64,000 nucleotides of DNA from Candidatus Saccharimonadota bacterium (GTDB lineage Bacteria; Patescibacteriota; Saccharimonadia; QS-5-54-17): contig JBJHCT010000003.1 of NCBI GenBank assembly GCA_050486185.1, positions 37,500-101,499 on the forward strand, in the 5' to 3' direction. Position numbers and translations under genes: made by a program. Below, one piece after another: positions 18,383 to 28,356 of the stretch (its first letter is position 1; each line of letters begins with the position of its first letter). Below the pieces are notes generated by a model. It was given only the letters and a program-made list of their open reading frames with translations, was not told the origin of the DNA and made no database searches.

Positions 18383-20749
18383 ATGAGACGTCAAAGCTTT
18401 AACCACTACCACCAAGGCAAAACTAGATTCTTGCAGTATGTCTGGATATTGTCGCTAGTATTATCACCTCTATCAAATCCTCAATCAGTAGATGCTGATG
18501 ACCCTATAGATATATCAAGCTGCTTAGAGCTACAAGATGTCGGTAGCGATCCTTCGGATCTTCCCCTAGATGGTTATTATCGGTTGCTCGATCATATAGA
18601 TTGTACTTTTGAGACCTCTGATCCTGATGGCACTCTATATAACGGGGGTGAGGGTTTTGATCCGATCGGAAGCGAACTCGAGCCTTTTATCGGCATATTA
18701 GACGCTCAAGGTTTTTCTATAACCGGTCTACATATTAATAGAGGCGAAGTAAGGGTCGGCTTATTCAGTAGTATAGATGCTCCGGCCGAGATATTAAATC
18801 TTGATTTAATAGATATCGATATCGCCAATTCACTAGACTATACGGCCGGGCTAGTAGGCTATATGCAGGCAGGCAGTATTAATAACGTTAATATTAGCGG
18901 TATAAGCAATATATCTGGAGGCAATAAGGTCGGTGGTTTGGTGGGATTTGCTAGCAGTGACGTCAGTATTACTAACTCCTCTGTGACTGTTGATGTTGAT
19001 GGTGGTAGTGATGTCGGCGGGCTGATTGGCGAAAACGCCGGCATAGTCTCGCAGTCTGTCTCGGTCGGTAGTGTTAGTGGCGTTAGTAATATTGGTGGTT
19101 TAGCAGGCTTTAGTAGTGGCGATATTAATGAGTCACAGAGCCAAAGTAGTGCAATAGGAAGCGGTAATAACATCGGTGGGTTGGTGGGAGAAAATCAAGG
19201 CAATATCACTGATTCCTATGCTGTAAGCAACATTTCATCGATGGGTGATAATGCTGGTGGTTTAGTGGGGTATAACAACGGTAATGTCGAAGGGTCTCAT
19301 GCTACGGGTGAGGTAGAGGGGATTAATCATGTCGGTGGTTTAGCTGGGTACAATAGTGCTACTATCACTAGTTCGTATGCTGAGGGTGACGTTAGCGCTA
19401 GTGACTCTTATGCTGGCGGGTTGGTAGGGTATAACGATAACAATATAACACTGACTCATGCTAGCGGCAGAGTCACTATTGATGAAGATTCTGGATTTGG
19501 AGCTGGTGGACTAGCCGGCTATAACGAGGGAGAGATATATAGATCCTACTCTGAAGGAGATATATATTTTGAACACACCAACAACGTGTGGGATATCGGC
19601 GGTTTGGTAGGAGAGAATCATGGTCTTATCTCACAATCTTTCTCTACCAGTAATGTGGTTGATATTAATGGCGCACCCATAGCGGACACTAATTTTGTTG
19701 GTGGGTTGGTAGGCACACTAAATGGAGGGTCGATAACAAACACTTATGCTAGAGGAGCTACATATAGTACTCTTTTGGGAGGATCTTTAGTCGGTGATGT
19801 CCTTGATGGTGAAGTAAGTAACTCGTATGGTACAGGAGAGGTTTCAGGAGATGATTTAGGTGGCCTAATAGGAGATAACTGGAATGATGCTCCAGTAACC
19901 AACTCTTTTTGGGACATGGATAGTACCGGTATCGATGAGGCTAACAATACCAGTGGCTCAGGTACCGGCAAAACCACCGAAGAGATGAAGGATGTACGCA
20001 CCTATACGGATGAAGAGTTCTCTAGTGGTTTAGATCTGCCGGTTTGGGACTTTGTCGGTAATCCAAACGATGATGTTGGCCTAGATGATATCTGGAGCAT
20101 AGATTCAGAAGGTGTTATTAATGATGGCTATCCTTTCTTTGATTGGTGGTGGCAACTACAACAAGAGGGCGATGGGGATGATAACGGTAATGGCGATGAC
20201 GGTGAAGATAACGGCGATGATGAGATAGAAACTAACTTAGATAACGATAAGAACGGCGACGGTATACCAGATGATCAGCAAGATAACGTTGCTTATATCA
20301 TCAGCCCGATTACCGGTGAATTAGTAGTCTTAGAGGTAGATGAGCAGTGCTCAATTACGGCTCTTTTCATAGTTAGTGAAGATGATAACGATGTGAGCGA
20401 TATAGGTTACGATTATCCCCAAGGCTTTATAACTTTTACGATTAACTGTGTGACCCCAGGGTATACTTCTGATATCATTTTATACTATTACGGTATTGAA
20501 ACTAGTGATTTAGATAAGTATCTTTTGCGTAAACACAATCCCAACACCGGTGCATACTTCAGTATTGAGGGTGTGAGTATAGATACTACTAATATATATA
20601 GCGAGATGGTTTTAAGAGTTAATTACCAGGCTACCGATGGTGGTGAGCTTGATATAGATGGTGAGACTAACGGTATCATCACTGACCCTGTCGGCTTAGG
20701 TGTAGAGGTAGTCGGCGTACCCGATACCGGTTTGGGTGGCGGTAGATAG
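18383..20749 (+). CDS. secreted GLUG-repeat surface protein with an acidic Asp/Gly-rich linker and C-terminal …VPDTGLGGGR
   Basis: 788 aa with an N-terminal signal-like hydrophobic segment. More than 10 tandem ~28-aa repeats of the form (V/I/A)GGL(V/I/A)G.N.G.I…S(Y/F)(A/S).G.V.G match the GLUG motif family. Confidence 0.75.
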   Translation: MRRQSFNHYHQGKTRFLQYVWILSLVLSPLSNPQSVDADDPIDISSCLELQDVGSDPSDLPLDGYYRLLDHIDCTFETSDPDGTLYNGGEGFDPIGSELEPFIGILDAQGFSITGLHINRGEVRVGLFSSIDAPAEILNLDLIDIDIANSLDYTAGLVGYMQAGSINNVNISGISNISGGNKVGGLVGFASSDVSITNSSVTVDVDGGSDVGGLIGENAGIVSQSVSVGSVSGVSNIGGLAGFSSGDINESQSQSSAIGSGNNIGGLVGENQGNITDSYAVSNISSMGDNAGGLVGYNNGNVEGSHATGEVEGINHVGGLAGYNSATITSSYAEGDVSASDSYAGGLVGYNDNNITLTHASGRVTIDEDSGFGAGGLAGYNEGEIYRSYSEGDIYFEHTNNVWDIGGLVGENHGLISQSFSTSNVVDINGAPIADTNFVGGLVGTLNGGSITNTYARGATYSTLLGGSLVGDVLDGEVSNSYGTGEVSGDDLGGLIGDNWNDAPVTNSFWDMDSTGIDEANNTSGSGTGKTTEEMKDVRTYTDEEFSSGLDLPVWDFVGNPNDDVGLDDIWSIDSEGVINDGYPFFDWWWQLQQEGDGDDNGNGDDGEDNGDDEIETNLDNDKNGDGIPDDQQDNVAYIISPITGELVVLEVDEQCSITALFIVSEDDNDVSDIGYDYPQGFITFTINCVTPGYTSDIILYYYGIETSDLDKYLLRKHNPNTGAYFSIEGVSIDTTNIYSEMVLRVNYQATDGGELDIDGETNGIITDPVGLGVEVVGVPDTGLGGGR

Positions 20750-20821
20750 TAGGGAGAAGATAAAAATATCTATTAAAAACTAAAGAGTATCAGGGTGTTA
20801 AAATTATCTCTGCTACTGAAT

Positions 20822-21850
20822 TTATGGATTTAACCCCAAGACGGCTTGCTTGATCTTGTTTAAGTTATCCTGAGCTATTGGCCTAACCTTCTCGGCACCT
20901 ACCCTTAGCACCTCATCTAGTTGTTCGGAGCTATTAATTAGCTGGTGGTATTTTTCCGACATTGGCCCGAATCTATCTACTATTACTTCTAGCAATCTTT
21001 CCTTGGCCTCTTTCCAGCCGATATTGCCTGACTCTAGGTCACTCTTTAGCGCTTGGGACTGCTCAGCATCTGCTAGGGTTGTAAATATTTGGTATATCAG
21101 GCTGTCTTCTGCTACCAACTGCTCACCGGCTGATGATGAGTCGGTGACTATCTTGCGAACTGCCTCCCACCACCCATCTTTATCGGTAAATAGGGGGATG
21201 ATATTGTCATAACTCTTGCTCATCTTGCGTCCATCTACACCTACCACTTCTTTAGCCTCATCTTTGAGTAGGTGTTCTGGCAGGGTGATTATCTCATCTC
21301 CGATCGCATGGTTGAATCTCTGAGCGATATCACGAGCAATCTCTACATGCTGGGCCTGGTCTTTACCGACCGGTATTACATCGGCGTTAAACAGCAAGAT
21401 ATCACTAGCCATCAGTAAGGGGTAGGTATATAGGCCCATATTTATACCTTCATCTGGGTCTTTGTTGTTTTGGGTATTTAAATCTACCGCGGCTTTGTAG
21501 GCATGAGCTTTATTCATCCAGCCCTTAGGAGTGAAGTTAGTTAGTATGGTAGCTAACTCAAAAACTTCTGGGACATCCGATTGGCGGTATAGGTTGAACT
21601 TGTCGGTATCTAGTCCAGCTGCTATCCAGGTAGCTGCTACTAAGTAAGTCTGTTTTTTGATTAGTTCACCATCATAGGTAGTGTTGAGAGCATGATAGTC
21701 AGCTATAAATAGGTTGCCTTGGTCGTATTGATTTACTAGCTCAAGACTAGGCTCTATAGCGCCTAGGTAGTTGCCGATATGTGGAGTGCCGGTCGGCTTG
21801 ATGCCGGTTAGTAGAACTTGCTTAGATGTATCTGTTTTACTCATGTTCAA
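20822..21850 (-). CDS. trpS: tryptophan--tRNA ligase
   Basis: 342 aa with class I HIGH (TGTPHIGNY) and KMSKS motifs. Confidence 0.9.
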   Translation of the reverse strand: MNMSKTDTSKQVLLTGIKPTGTPHIGNYLGAIEPSLELVNQYDQGNLFIADYHALNTTYDGELIKKQTYLVAATWIAAGLDTDKFNLYRQSDVPEVFELATILTNFTPKGWMNKAHAYKAAVDLNTQNNKDPDEGINMGLYTYPLLMASDILLFNADVIPVGKDQAQHVEIARDIAQRFNHAIGDEIITLPEHLLKDEAKEVVGVDGRKMSKSYDNIIPLFTDKDGWWEAVRKIVTDSSSAGEQLVAEDSLIYQIFTTLADAEQSQALKSDLESGNIGWKEAKERLLEVIVDRFGPMSEKYHQLINSSEQLDEVLRVGAEKVRPIAQDNLNKIKQAVLGLNP

Positions 21851-21858
21851 TCTATATT

Positions 21859-21966
21859 ATGCCACTAGATTTAGATATAGAGAAATCTGCGCCTTATAAA
21901 GGTTTATTAGGACTAGGCGCGCAAATGGTCAACGCACCTGATACCGGGCTTGACGGCGGTAGGTAA
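21859..21966 (+). other. 35-codon stub ORF whose last ~20 codons are homologous to the C-terminus of the GLUG protein (…GLGAQMVNAPDTGLDGGR*)
   Basis: The 39 nt at 21928-21966 are ~75% identical to 20711-20749. Likely a gene remnant or mini-ORF flanking trpS. Confidence 0.4.
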
Positions 21967-22093
21967 TACTAACTATCTAACTGTAGATAATCTACTTGAT
22001 AGACTTTGCCATCCTCTATAAGGTAATAGTGAAACCTGCTGCATAGAAGGTATACTAGTTATATAACCCCCCAAAAAAGGTAATATTTGAGTA

Positions 22094-23905
22094 ATGCAAG
22101 ATCAATATCAATCATCCATAGACAACCAAATCAAGCAATCTCTAGTTAAGCTAGATAGTAATGTCAAAGTAGGCACTAATTTAGCGTCTGAATCCTCCTT
22201 GCTAGATGAATTAGCTACTAATATAGCTGAAGCCACTAGTTTGGATAAGCTTGAGATTAAGCAACTACTATCGCCACCACCAGAGCGAGATGATTTAACT
22301 CTAGACTTTGATTATGGGTTAGCTACCTTTACTTTAGCTAAAGACACCAAAAAATCCCCAGTAGATGTAGCTAAAAGCCTGGCTAAGAGCCTATCAGGAA
22401 GCGACCTCATAGCTGATGTCCAGGCTGTAGGTCCATATCTCAACGTCGCTATTAAAGACCAAGGAGTTATTGAATCTTTACGCCAAATAGTTGATGCAGG
22501 GGAAGAAGAGCAAGCCTCTAAGGGTACAGTCGTCATAGATTTTTCTTCTCCTAATGTAGCTAAACCTTTCGGAGTAAACCACCTGCGTTCTACTGTGATC
22601 GGCGAAGCTATAGCTAGGTTGTTAGAGTCTCAAGGCTTTGTAGTGATTAGAGATAATCATTTAGGTGATTGGGGTACTCAGTTTGGTAATATCTTAGCTG
22701 CCTATGACATCTACAACCCAGAAAAAGATTTCAGTGATTTAAATATTGATGAGATCAATGAACTATACATTCGTTACTCCCAAGAGATGAAAACAGATGA
22801 GGATCTAGTAGAGAAAGGCAGAGAGTATTTCTCTCGTCTCAGCCAGGGTGATGAGGAGTTGCTAACTAGGTGGCAACACTGCGTTGATTTAAGCCAGCAG
22901 GATTTTGATAGAGTCTATCAGCGTCTAGGTGTTGAGTTTGACATCCAAATCGGTGAAGCCTACTTTGCCGAAACCACCGATGAGTTATTAGATGAGCTGG
23001 TTAAAGATAGTGGCTCAAAATCGGTAGTAGTAGATGAAGACGGCAGCATTCATATAGACGGCAAGCATCCAGTAATGCTTCGTACAGCTGGTGGTTATTC
23101 GGTCTATGCAGCTAGAGATCTAAGCACTATTAAATTTAGAAGTCAGACATATAACCCTAATGCGATTATCTATGTAGTCGGTCATGAGCAATCTACTTCT
23201 TTTGAGGCGGTTTTTGATGTTGCTAAGCAGCTGGGGTTGAACAAGACTGATCGGGGCGAGGCCGACTTAGAGCATGTCGGCTTCGGCCTATTAGTTGGAA
23301 CAGATGGCAAGAAGCTCTCAACTAGGAAAGGTACTAGCGGTAAGCTAGAAGATCTGATTAACCAGCTAGAAGAGAGGGCTTTAGCTGAAATTAAATCCAG
23401 GAATCCCGATATGAATGAATCAGAAGCTCAAGACAACGCCAAAGTCTTAAGTGTAGCGGCACTAGTTTGGCACGATCTTAGGACTGATAGGAACACTAAT
23501 GTCCGTTTTGATCCAGGTGCTATGTTAGCTTTAGGTTCAGGTAGCGTAGTTGACGTGCTTTATTCGTATGTACGTAGTCAGAGGATTTTAGCCAATCTCG
23601 GTGAGGTTGATTTATCGAACGTAGCTTTAGAGTTCAGCGCTGGGATAGAGCATAGTTTAGGTGTTAAGTTGGCTGAACTGCCGGAAATAGTAGCTAAAGC
23701 AGCTCAAATGAAGTCACCACACATATTAGTCGGCTATTTGCATGAGCTATCGAAACTACATGGTAGTTTCTACGAAGCTAGCCCGGTTATAGGTGAGGAA
23801 GATCAGAGCAAGCAGGCACTAAGAGTCTTACTCCATCAAGCCTACATCAAGGTGGTTGCTCAGGGGCTAGATCTACTTAATATCAAACCACCCTCTAGGC
23901 TTTAG
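22094..23905 (+). CDS. argS: arginine--tRNA ligase
   Basis: 603 aa. The N-terminal Arg-tRNA-binding domain, the class I catalytic core (…SSPNVAKPFGVNHLRS…) and the DALYS anticodon-binding domain are arranged as in ArgS. Confidence 0.85.
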   Translation: MQDQYQSSIDNQIKQSLVKLDSNVKVGTNLASESSLLDELATNIAEATSLDKLEIKQLLSPPPERDDLTLDFDYGLATFTLAKDTKKSPVDVAKSLAKSLSGSDLIADVQAVGPYLNVAIKDQGVIESLRQIVDAGEEEQASKGTVVIDFSSPNVAKPFGVNHLRSTVIGEAIARLLESQGFVVIRDNHLGDWGTQFGNILAAYDIYNPEKDFSDLNIDEINELYIRYSQEMKTDEDLVEKGREYFSRLSQGDEELLTRWQHCVDLSQQDFDRVYQRLGVEFDIQIGEAYFAETTDELLDELVKDSGSKSVVVDEDGSIHIDGKHPVMLRTAGGYSVYAARDLSTIKFRSQTYNPNAIIYVVGHEQSTSFEAVFDVAKQLGLNKTDRGEADLEHVGFGLLVGTDGKKLSTRKGTSGKLEDLINQLEERALAEIKSRNPDMNESEAQDNAKVLSVAALVWHDLRTDRNTNVRFDPGAMLALGSGSVVDVLYSYVRSQRILANLGEVDLSNVALEFSAGIEHSLGVKLAELPEIVAKAAQMKSPHILVGYLHELSKLHGSFYEASPVIGEEDQSKQALRVLLHQAYIKVVAQGLDLLNIKPPSRL

Positions 23906-24459
23906 TGTTGGTCCCAATGGAAGATTGTGTAGGTGCGTTAATTAATGGTGGAGTGGGGGTGATTCCAACTGATACTATTTATGGAGTTGTGGCTTCAGCA
24001 CATGATCGTAAAGCCGTTGAGAGGGTTTATGAGGTTAAAGGCAGAAATTCAGACAAACCCTTCATTATTTTAATCGGCAGCATTGATGATGTAGGTGGAT
24101 TCGGGGTTAAGTTAGGTGATGATATTAAAGCTAAGTTAGATGAGTATTGGCCGGGTCCGATCAGCATTATCTTGCCAAGCCAGGATGATAAATATGAGTA
24201 TTTACACAGGGGTACTCAGTCATTAGCCTTTCGTCTGCCAGATAAGCAAGATTTGATTACACTACTAAAACTAACCGGTCCATTAATAGCGCCATCTGCT
24301 AATCCAGAAGGATTACCACCTGCTAAAGATATTAATCAAGCTAAAGAGTATTTTGGTGATGAGCTAGATTTCTATATTGACGGTGGAGATTTAGAAGCAA
24401 ATCCATCAAAATTGCTGAAATTAGAGGTCGATGGGTCAATTAGGGTAATTAGAGACTAG
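23905..24459 (+). CDS. tsaC: L-threonylcarbamoyladenylate synthase (YrdC/TsaC family)
   Basis: 184 aa. …IPTDTIYGVVASAHDRKAVERVYEVKGR…KPFIIL… matches the YrdC fold. Confidence 0.8.
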   Translation: MLVPMEDCVGALINGGVGVIPTDTIYGVVASAHDRKAVERVYEVKGRNSDKPFIILIGSIDDVGGFGVKLGDDIKAKLDEYWPGPISIILPSQDDKYEYLHRGTQSLAFRLPDKQDLITLLKLTGPLIAPSANPEGLPPAKDINQAKEYFGDELDFYIDGGDLEANPSKLLKLEVDGSIRVIRD

Positions 24460-24521
24460 TTTAAAATCAACAACTTAATCTAAGAGTTCGAAGACTATAA
24501 CAGCTACTGCACACCCTTGTT

Positions 24522-24752
24522 TCATGAAAGAGCAGCCTCTAATTTAGCTTTATCAAAACCGATGATGTATTGATCATCAATTTGTGTAACCGGTACGCCC
24601 ATTTGACCGGTTTTTTCTACTATTTCTTGAGCAGCCTGTTGATCAGTGGATACATCAATCTCTTCATACTCAGCGCCTTTATCTTGCAAGAACTGCTTAG
24701 TCATGTGGCAAAAAGCACATGTTGGGGTGGTATATACTTTGATATTGCTCAT
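24522..24752 (-). CDS. glutaredoxin-like protein (NrdH/YruB-type, CxxC = CAFC)
   Basis: 76 aa with thioredoxin-fold motifs: CAFC…GVPV…. Confidence 0.75.
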   Translation of the reverse strand: MSNIKVYTTPTCAFCHMTKQFLQDKGAEYEEIDVSTDQQAAQEIVEKTGQMGVPVTQIDDQYIIGFDKAKLEAALS

Positions 24753-24755
24753 TAT

Positions 24756-25073
24756 CTACCCTTTCTTTAATGTTTTAATACAGCCAAATAAGAGTTTAGC
24801 TCGCGGGTTAACGTAATTAGGTTTATAGCAGGCTTTTTGGCCCATCCGTAGACGCTTGATCAAATCGGCATTCTCCAAGATTTTTAGTTGCTGAGAAGTA
24901 CCCGGCATCGAGATACCTATCTTTTCGGTAATTTCACTAACGCAAAGATCGTTGTTATCGAGTAATAAGCAGACTATCTTCAGCCTGGTAGGATCACCAA
25001 TAGCATCAAAGAGCTTGGCTAGCTCCTCCTCTTCAATCTGTGTATCGCCGTATTTATTTAGAAGATTTAGCAT
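24756..25073 (-). CDS. ArsR/SmtB-family metalloregulator
   Basis: 105 aa. …DPTRLKIVCLLLDNNDLCVSEITEKIGISMPGTSQQLKIL… is an ArsR-type HTH with Cys residues in the alpha3 region. Confidence 0.8.
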   Translation of the reverse strand: MLNLLNKYGDTQIEEEELAKLFDAIGDPTRLKIVCLLLDNNDLCVSEITEKIGISMPGTSQQLKILENADLIKRLRMGQKACYKPNYVNPRAKLLFGCIKTLKKG

Positions 25074-25263
25074 CGATATTCCATATATAATTATTTAATT
25101 AAACAATTAAATGATAACATAGAATAGATTTAACTTACAAATCATTATAGTTGCAGGCAGTCTTTTTAATATTTTTGTATTAGGGGATTGGTTTTTGCAA
25201 TCTAAGCAGCTTATTGCTAACTAGGATATTATATAAAGTATAGACAAACAGGAGACCAATACT

Positions 25264-27306
25264 ATGTTTGAGCACAGTCGCTCTGATGAGATAAACCACC
25301 ATAAACACGATGATCATGATAATCATGATGAACACGACAAGCATGCCCATCACTCGGTAGCCATGTTTCGTAGTAAGTTTTGGTTATCACTTGTCTTAAC
25401 CGTGCCGGTGTTGATTTACTCTGAAATGATTCAGGCATGGCTAAGCTTTTCTCCGCCAGCATTTACCGGTTCTGAATATATTCCGGCATTACTTGCCAGC
25501 GTAATCTTCTTTTACGGCGGGCTAGTCTTTATTAAAGGCGCTATTTCGGAAATAAAGAGTCGCTCTCCGGGCATGATGAGCTTAATCGCTCTGGCTATTA
25601 TCACAGCCTATAGCTACTCTTTAGCCACCCTCTTTATTATTGATGGTGAGAGTTTCTTCTGGGAGCTAGCTACTTTAATTACCATCATGCTCTTGGGTCA
25701 CTGGTTAGAAATGGCCGCTATATCCAAAGCCGAAGGTGCGTTAGAAGCTATATCTAAACTACTGCCTGATATGGCTGAAAAGTTAATTCCAGGCCAACAA
25801 CATCCAGAAAAAGTAGCGGTTTCTCAGCTGGTCAAGGGTGATTTAGTCTTAGTTCGACCGGGTAGCAGTGTACCGGTGGATGGAGTAGTTAAAGAAGGAG
25901 ATTCTTCAGTTGATGAAGCTATCATAACGGGCGAATCTAAACCGGTGGCCAAATCGGTAGGTGATAACGTCATTGCCGGTAGTATCAATCAAGATGGATC
26001 ACTAACGATCGAAGTCAAAGAAGTAGGTGAGAGTACGGCCCTAGCTGGAATTATGAGGTTGGTTTTAGAGGCCCAAAAGTCCAAATCAAAATCTCAAGTA
26101 TTAGCCGATAAGGCAGCACTTCTACTAACGATTGTAGCTGTAGTATCGGGACTAGTTACTTTAGGTGTTTGGTGGTTGCTAGGTGATATTAACTTTGCTG
26201 TAGCTCGAGCCGTGACAGTAATAATTATTGCCTGTCCCCATGCTTTAGGACTAGCTATACCTCTAGTAGTCTCGATATCTACTACTCTATCGGCCCAAAA
26301 CGGTCTGTTGATTCGCAAACGACCAAGTCTGGAGGCAGCTCGCAATATAGATGTAGTGTTGTTTGATAAGACGGGCACATTAACTCGTGGTGAACATGGA
26401 GTGAGTGATATCTGGACTGTAGATGGATTGGGCGAGGAAGAAGTGCTTAAAATCGCGGCTTCACTAGAGCAAAACAGTGAGCATATCATAGGCCGAGGCA
26501 TAGTGGCTGCAGCTAAGGATAGAGATATCAAGCTGGATAAGGTAGATGAGTTTAAGGCATTAGCTGGTGCGGGAGTTGAGGGTGCTATATCAGGTGAAAA
26601 CTTTAGGGCCGTATCAAGAAGATATATCGAAGAAAATGGTTTAGTAGCACCTAAAGAGATATCAAGCCAGGCACTAACAGCAGCTAAAGAGGGTAAAACT
26701 GAAGTCTATTTACTCAACCAAGACGACAAAGTTCTTGGACTCATAGCTTTAGCTGATATGGTGCGAGAAGAGTCTAAGCAGACTATTGAAGATCTGCGGA
26801 CCTTAGGCATTAAAACAGCTATGATTACTGGTGATTCTAAAGAAGTAGCTGCTTACGTATCGAAAAGCTTAGGTATAGATCAATACTTTGCTGAAGTTAA
26901 ACCAGAGGATAAGGTGGCTAAAGTTAAAAGCCTGCAGGTTGATGGCAGTAAGGTAGCTATGGTAGGAGATGGGGTGAACGATGCGCCAGCTCTAATGCAA
27001 GCAGATATCGGTATAGCTATAGGTGCTGGTACCGATGTAGCTATTAAATCGGCCGACATTATTTTAGTTAAAAACAACCCTCTAGATGTCATCAAAGTCA
27101 TCAACCTCTCAAAAGCTGCTTATCGGAAAATGGTACAGAATCTAATTTGGGCTAGCGGGTATAACGTATTAGCTATACCGCTAGCTGCTGGTGCGGCTAT
27201 TAGTTTTGGTATAGTTTTATCACCAGCTGTGGGTGCAGTATTGATGTCACTTTCTACAATTATTGTGGCCTTAAACGCCCAACTATTGAGGGGTCAGAAA
27301 CTTTAA
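25264..27306 (+). CDS. P1B-type heavy-metal ATPase with His-rich N-terminus and CPH transmembrane motif (CopB-like)
   Basis: 680 aa. His/Asp-rich N-terminal tail. TM6 motif IIACPHALGLAIP. DKTGTLT phosphorylation site. GDGVNDAPAL hinge. Confidence 0.85.
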   Translation: MFEHSRSDEINHHKHDDHDNHDEHDKHAHHSVAMFRSKFWLSLVLTVPVLIYSEMIQAWLSFSPPAFTGSEYIPALLASVIFFYGGLVFIKGAISEIKSRSPGMMSLIALAIITAYSYSLATLFIIDGESFFWELATLITIMLLGHWLEMAAISKAEGALEAISKLLPDMAEKLIPGQQHPEKVAVSQLVKGDLVLVRPGSSVPVDGVVKEGDSSVDEAIITGESKPVAKSVGDNVIAGSINQDGSLTIEVKEVGESTALAGIMRLVLEAQKSKSKSQVLADKAALLLTIVAVVSGLVTLGVWWLLGDINFAVARAVTVIIIACPHALGLAIPLVVSISTTLSAQNGLLIRKRPSLEAARNIDVVLFDKTGTLTRGEHGVSDIWTVDGLGEEEVLKIAASLEQNSEHIIGRGIVAAAKDRDIKLDKVDEFKALAGAGVEGAISGENFRAVSRRYIEENGLVAPKEISSQALTAAKEGKTEVYLLNQDDKVLGLIALADMVREESKQTIEDLRTLGIKTAMITGDSKEVAAYVSKSLGIDQYFAEVKPEDKVAKVKSLQVDGSKVAMVGDGVNDAPALMQADIGIAIGAGTDVAIKSADIILVKNNPLDVIKVINLSKAAYRKMVQNLIWASGYNVLAIPLAAGAAISFGIVLSPAVGAVLMSLSTIIVALNAQLLRGQKL

Positions 27307-27351
27307 CCATCTGTTGAAACTTTATAAAGTTTATGATAGTATTATAAAGTT

Positions 27352-28269
27352 ATGAAATATATCAGACAATTAAAAACCATTTTAGAAGCAGCCTCGTGGT
27401 CTCAAGAAGAGCTAGCTAAGAATTTGGGCGTGTCTTTCCCAACCGTTAACTCATGGATTAATAGTCGCTCAAAACCACGCAAAAACTCTATTTTAAAGAT
27501 AGATAAACTATATATGGATATAGTAGGTGTTGATAGTGTTAGTGAAGATGATCTCAGCACGGCAAAGCAAGAAGCCCTAAACAGTGTTGTTGATATAAAT
27601 AATCTGATTAAAGATTCAGAGGCTCTAGATAAGTTAACGCTTTATCTGACCTACCACACCAACACAATTGAAGGTAGTACGATGACGATATCTGATGTGC
27701 AAAATGTTATTTTTGAAGACAAGGTACTGAGCAATAGGACCTCTATTGAGCAAGCTGAAGCTCGCAATCATCAGGCAACACTAAACTGGCTTCTTAGTAA
27801 GATAGTAGATGAGGAAGATGACTTTGTTGTAGATGAAGAGCTAATAATAGGCATACACTTACGACTCATGAACGGCATCATTAGTGATGCTGGGGAGTAC
27901 AGGAAGCATTCAGTTAGGATTATGGGTTCTTCAGTTCCCTTGGCTAATCCTGTTAAGATACCAGACTTAATAACTAGTTTATCGGAATATATCAAGAACT
28001 CACCTGATGACGTAGTTGCTCACTTGACCAAGACGCATGCTGATTTTGAGAAGATACACCCTTTTAGCGATGGTAATGGGCGAGTTGGCAGGTTGCTGAT
28101 GTTAGCGCAGGCGCTAAAAGCAGGAATACTACCCCCTATAATTAGCAAAGAGCGTAAGTATGCGTACTACAAGTACCTTGAACTTGCTCAAACTAAATCA
28201 CAATATGGGTCGTTAGAACTTTTTGTATGTGAATCTATACGCTTCAGTAAGAATTTGCTCGAAGTATAA
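27352..28269 (+). CDS. Fic-family protein with N-terminal XRE-type HTH
   Basis: 305 aa. HTH …ELAKNLGVSFPTVNSWIN… and the canonical Fic motif HPFSDGNGRVGR. Confidence 0.8.
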   Translation: MKYIRQLKTILEAASWSQEELAKNLGVSFPTVNSWINSRSKPRKNSILKIDKLYMDIVGVDSVSEDDLSTAKQEALNSVVDINNLIKDSEALDKLTLYLTYHTNTIEGSTMTISDVQNVIFEDKVLSNRTSIEQAEARNHQATLNWLLSKIVDEEDDFVVDEELIIGIHLRLMNGIISDAGEYRKHSVRIMGSSVPLANPVKIPDLITSLSEYIKNSPDDVVAHLTKTHADFEKIHPFSDGNGRVGRLLMLAQALKAGILPPIISKERKYAYYKYLELAQTKSQYGSLELFVCESIRFSKNLLEV

Positions 28270-28356
28270 TTTCTTAGTTGGAGATTTGTATTTTCAGAAC
28301 CTTTTAGTTAACATGAAATTAACAATTTTAATTATAGGTTTTAGACTGGGGATATT

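Noticed and set aside
20717-20749. VPDTG as an LPXTG-like sortase signal on the GLUG protein
   Set aside because: The motif is followed by only five residues (LGGGR) with no hydrophobic segment and no charged tail, so it does not satisfy the canonical cell-wall sorting signal. It is kept only as an open question under the findings.
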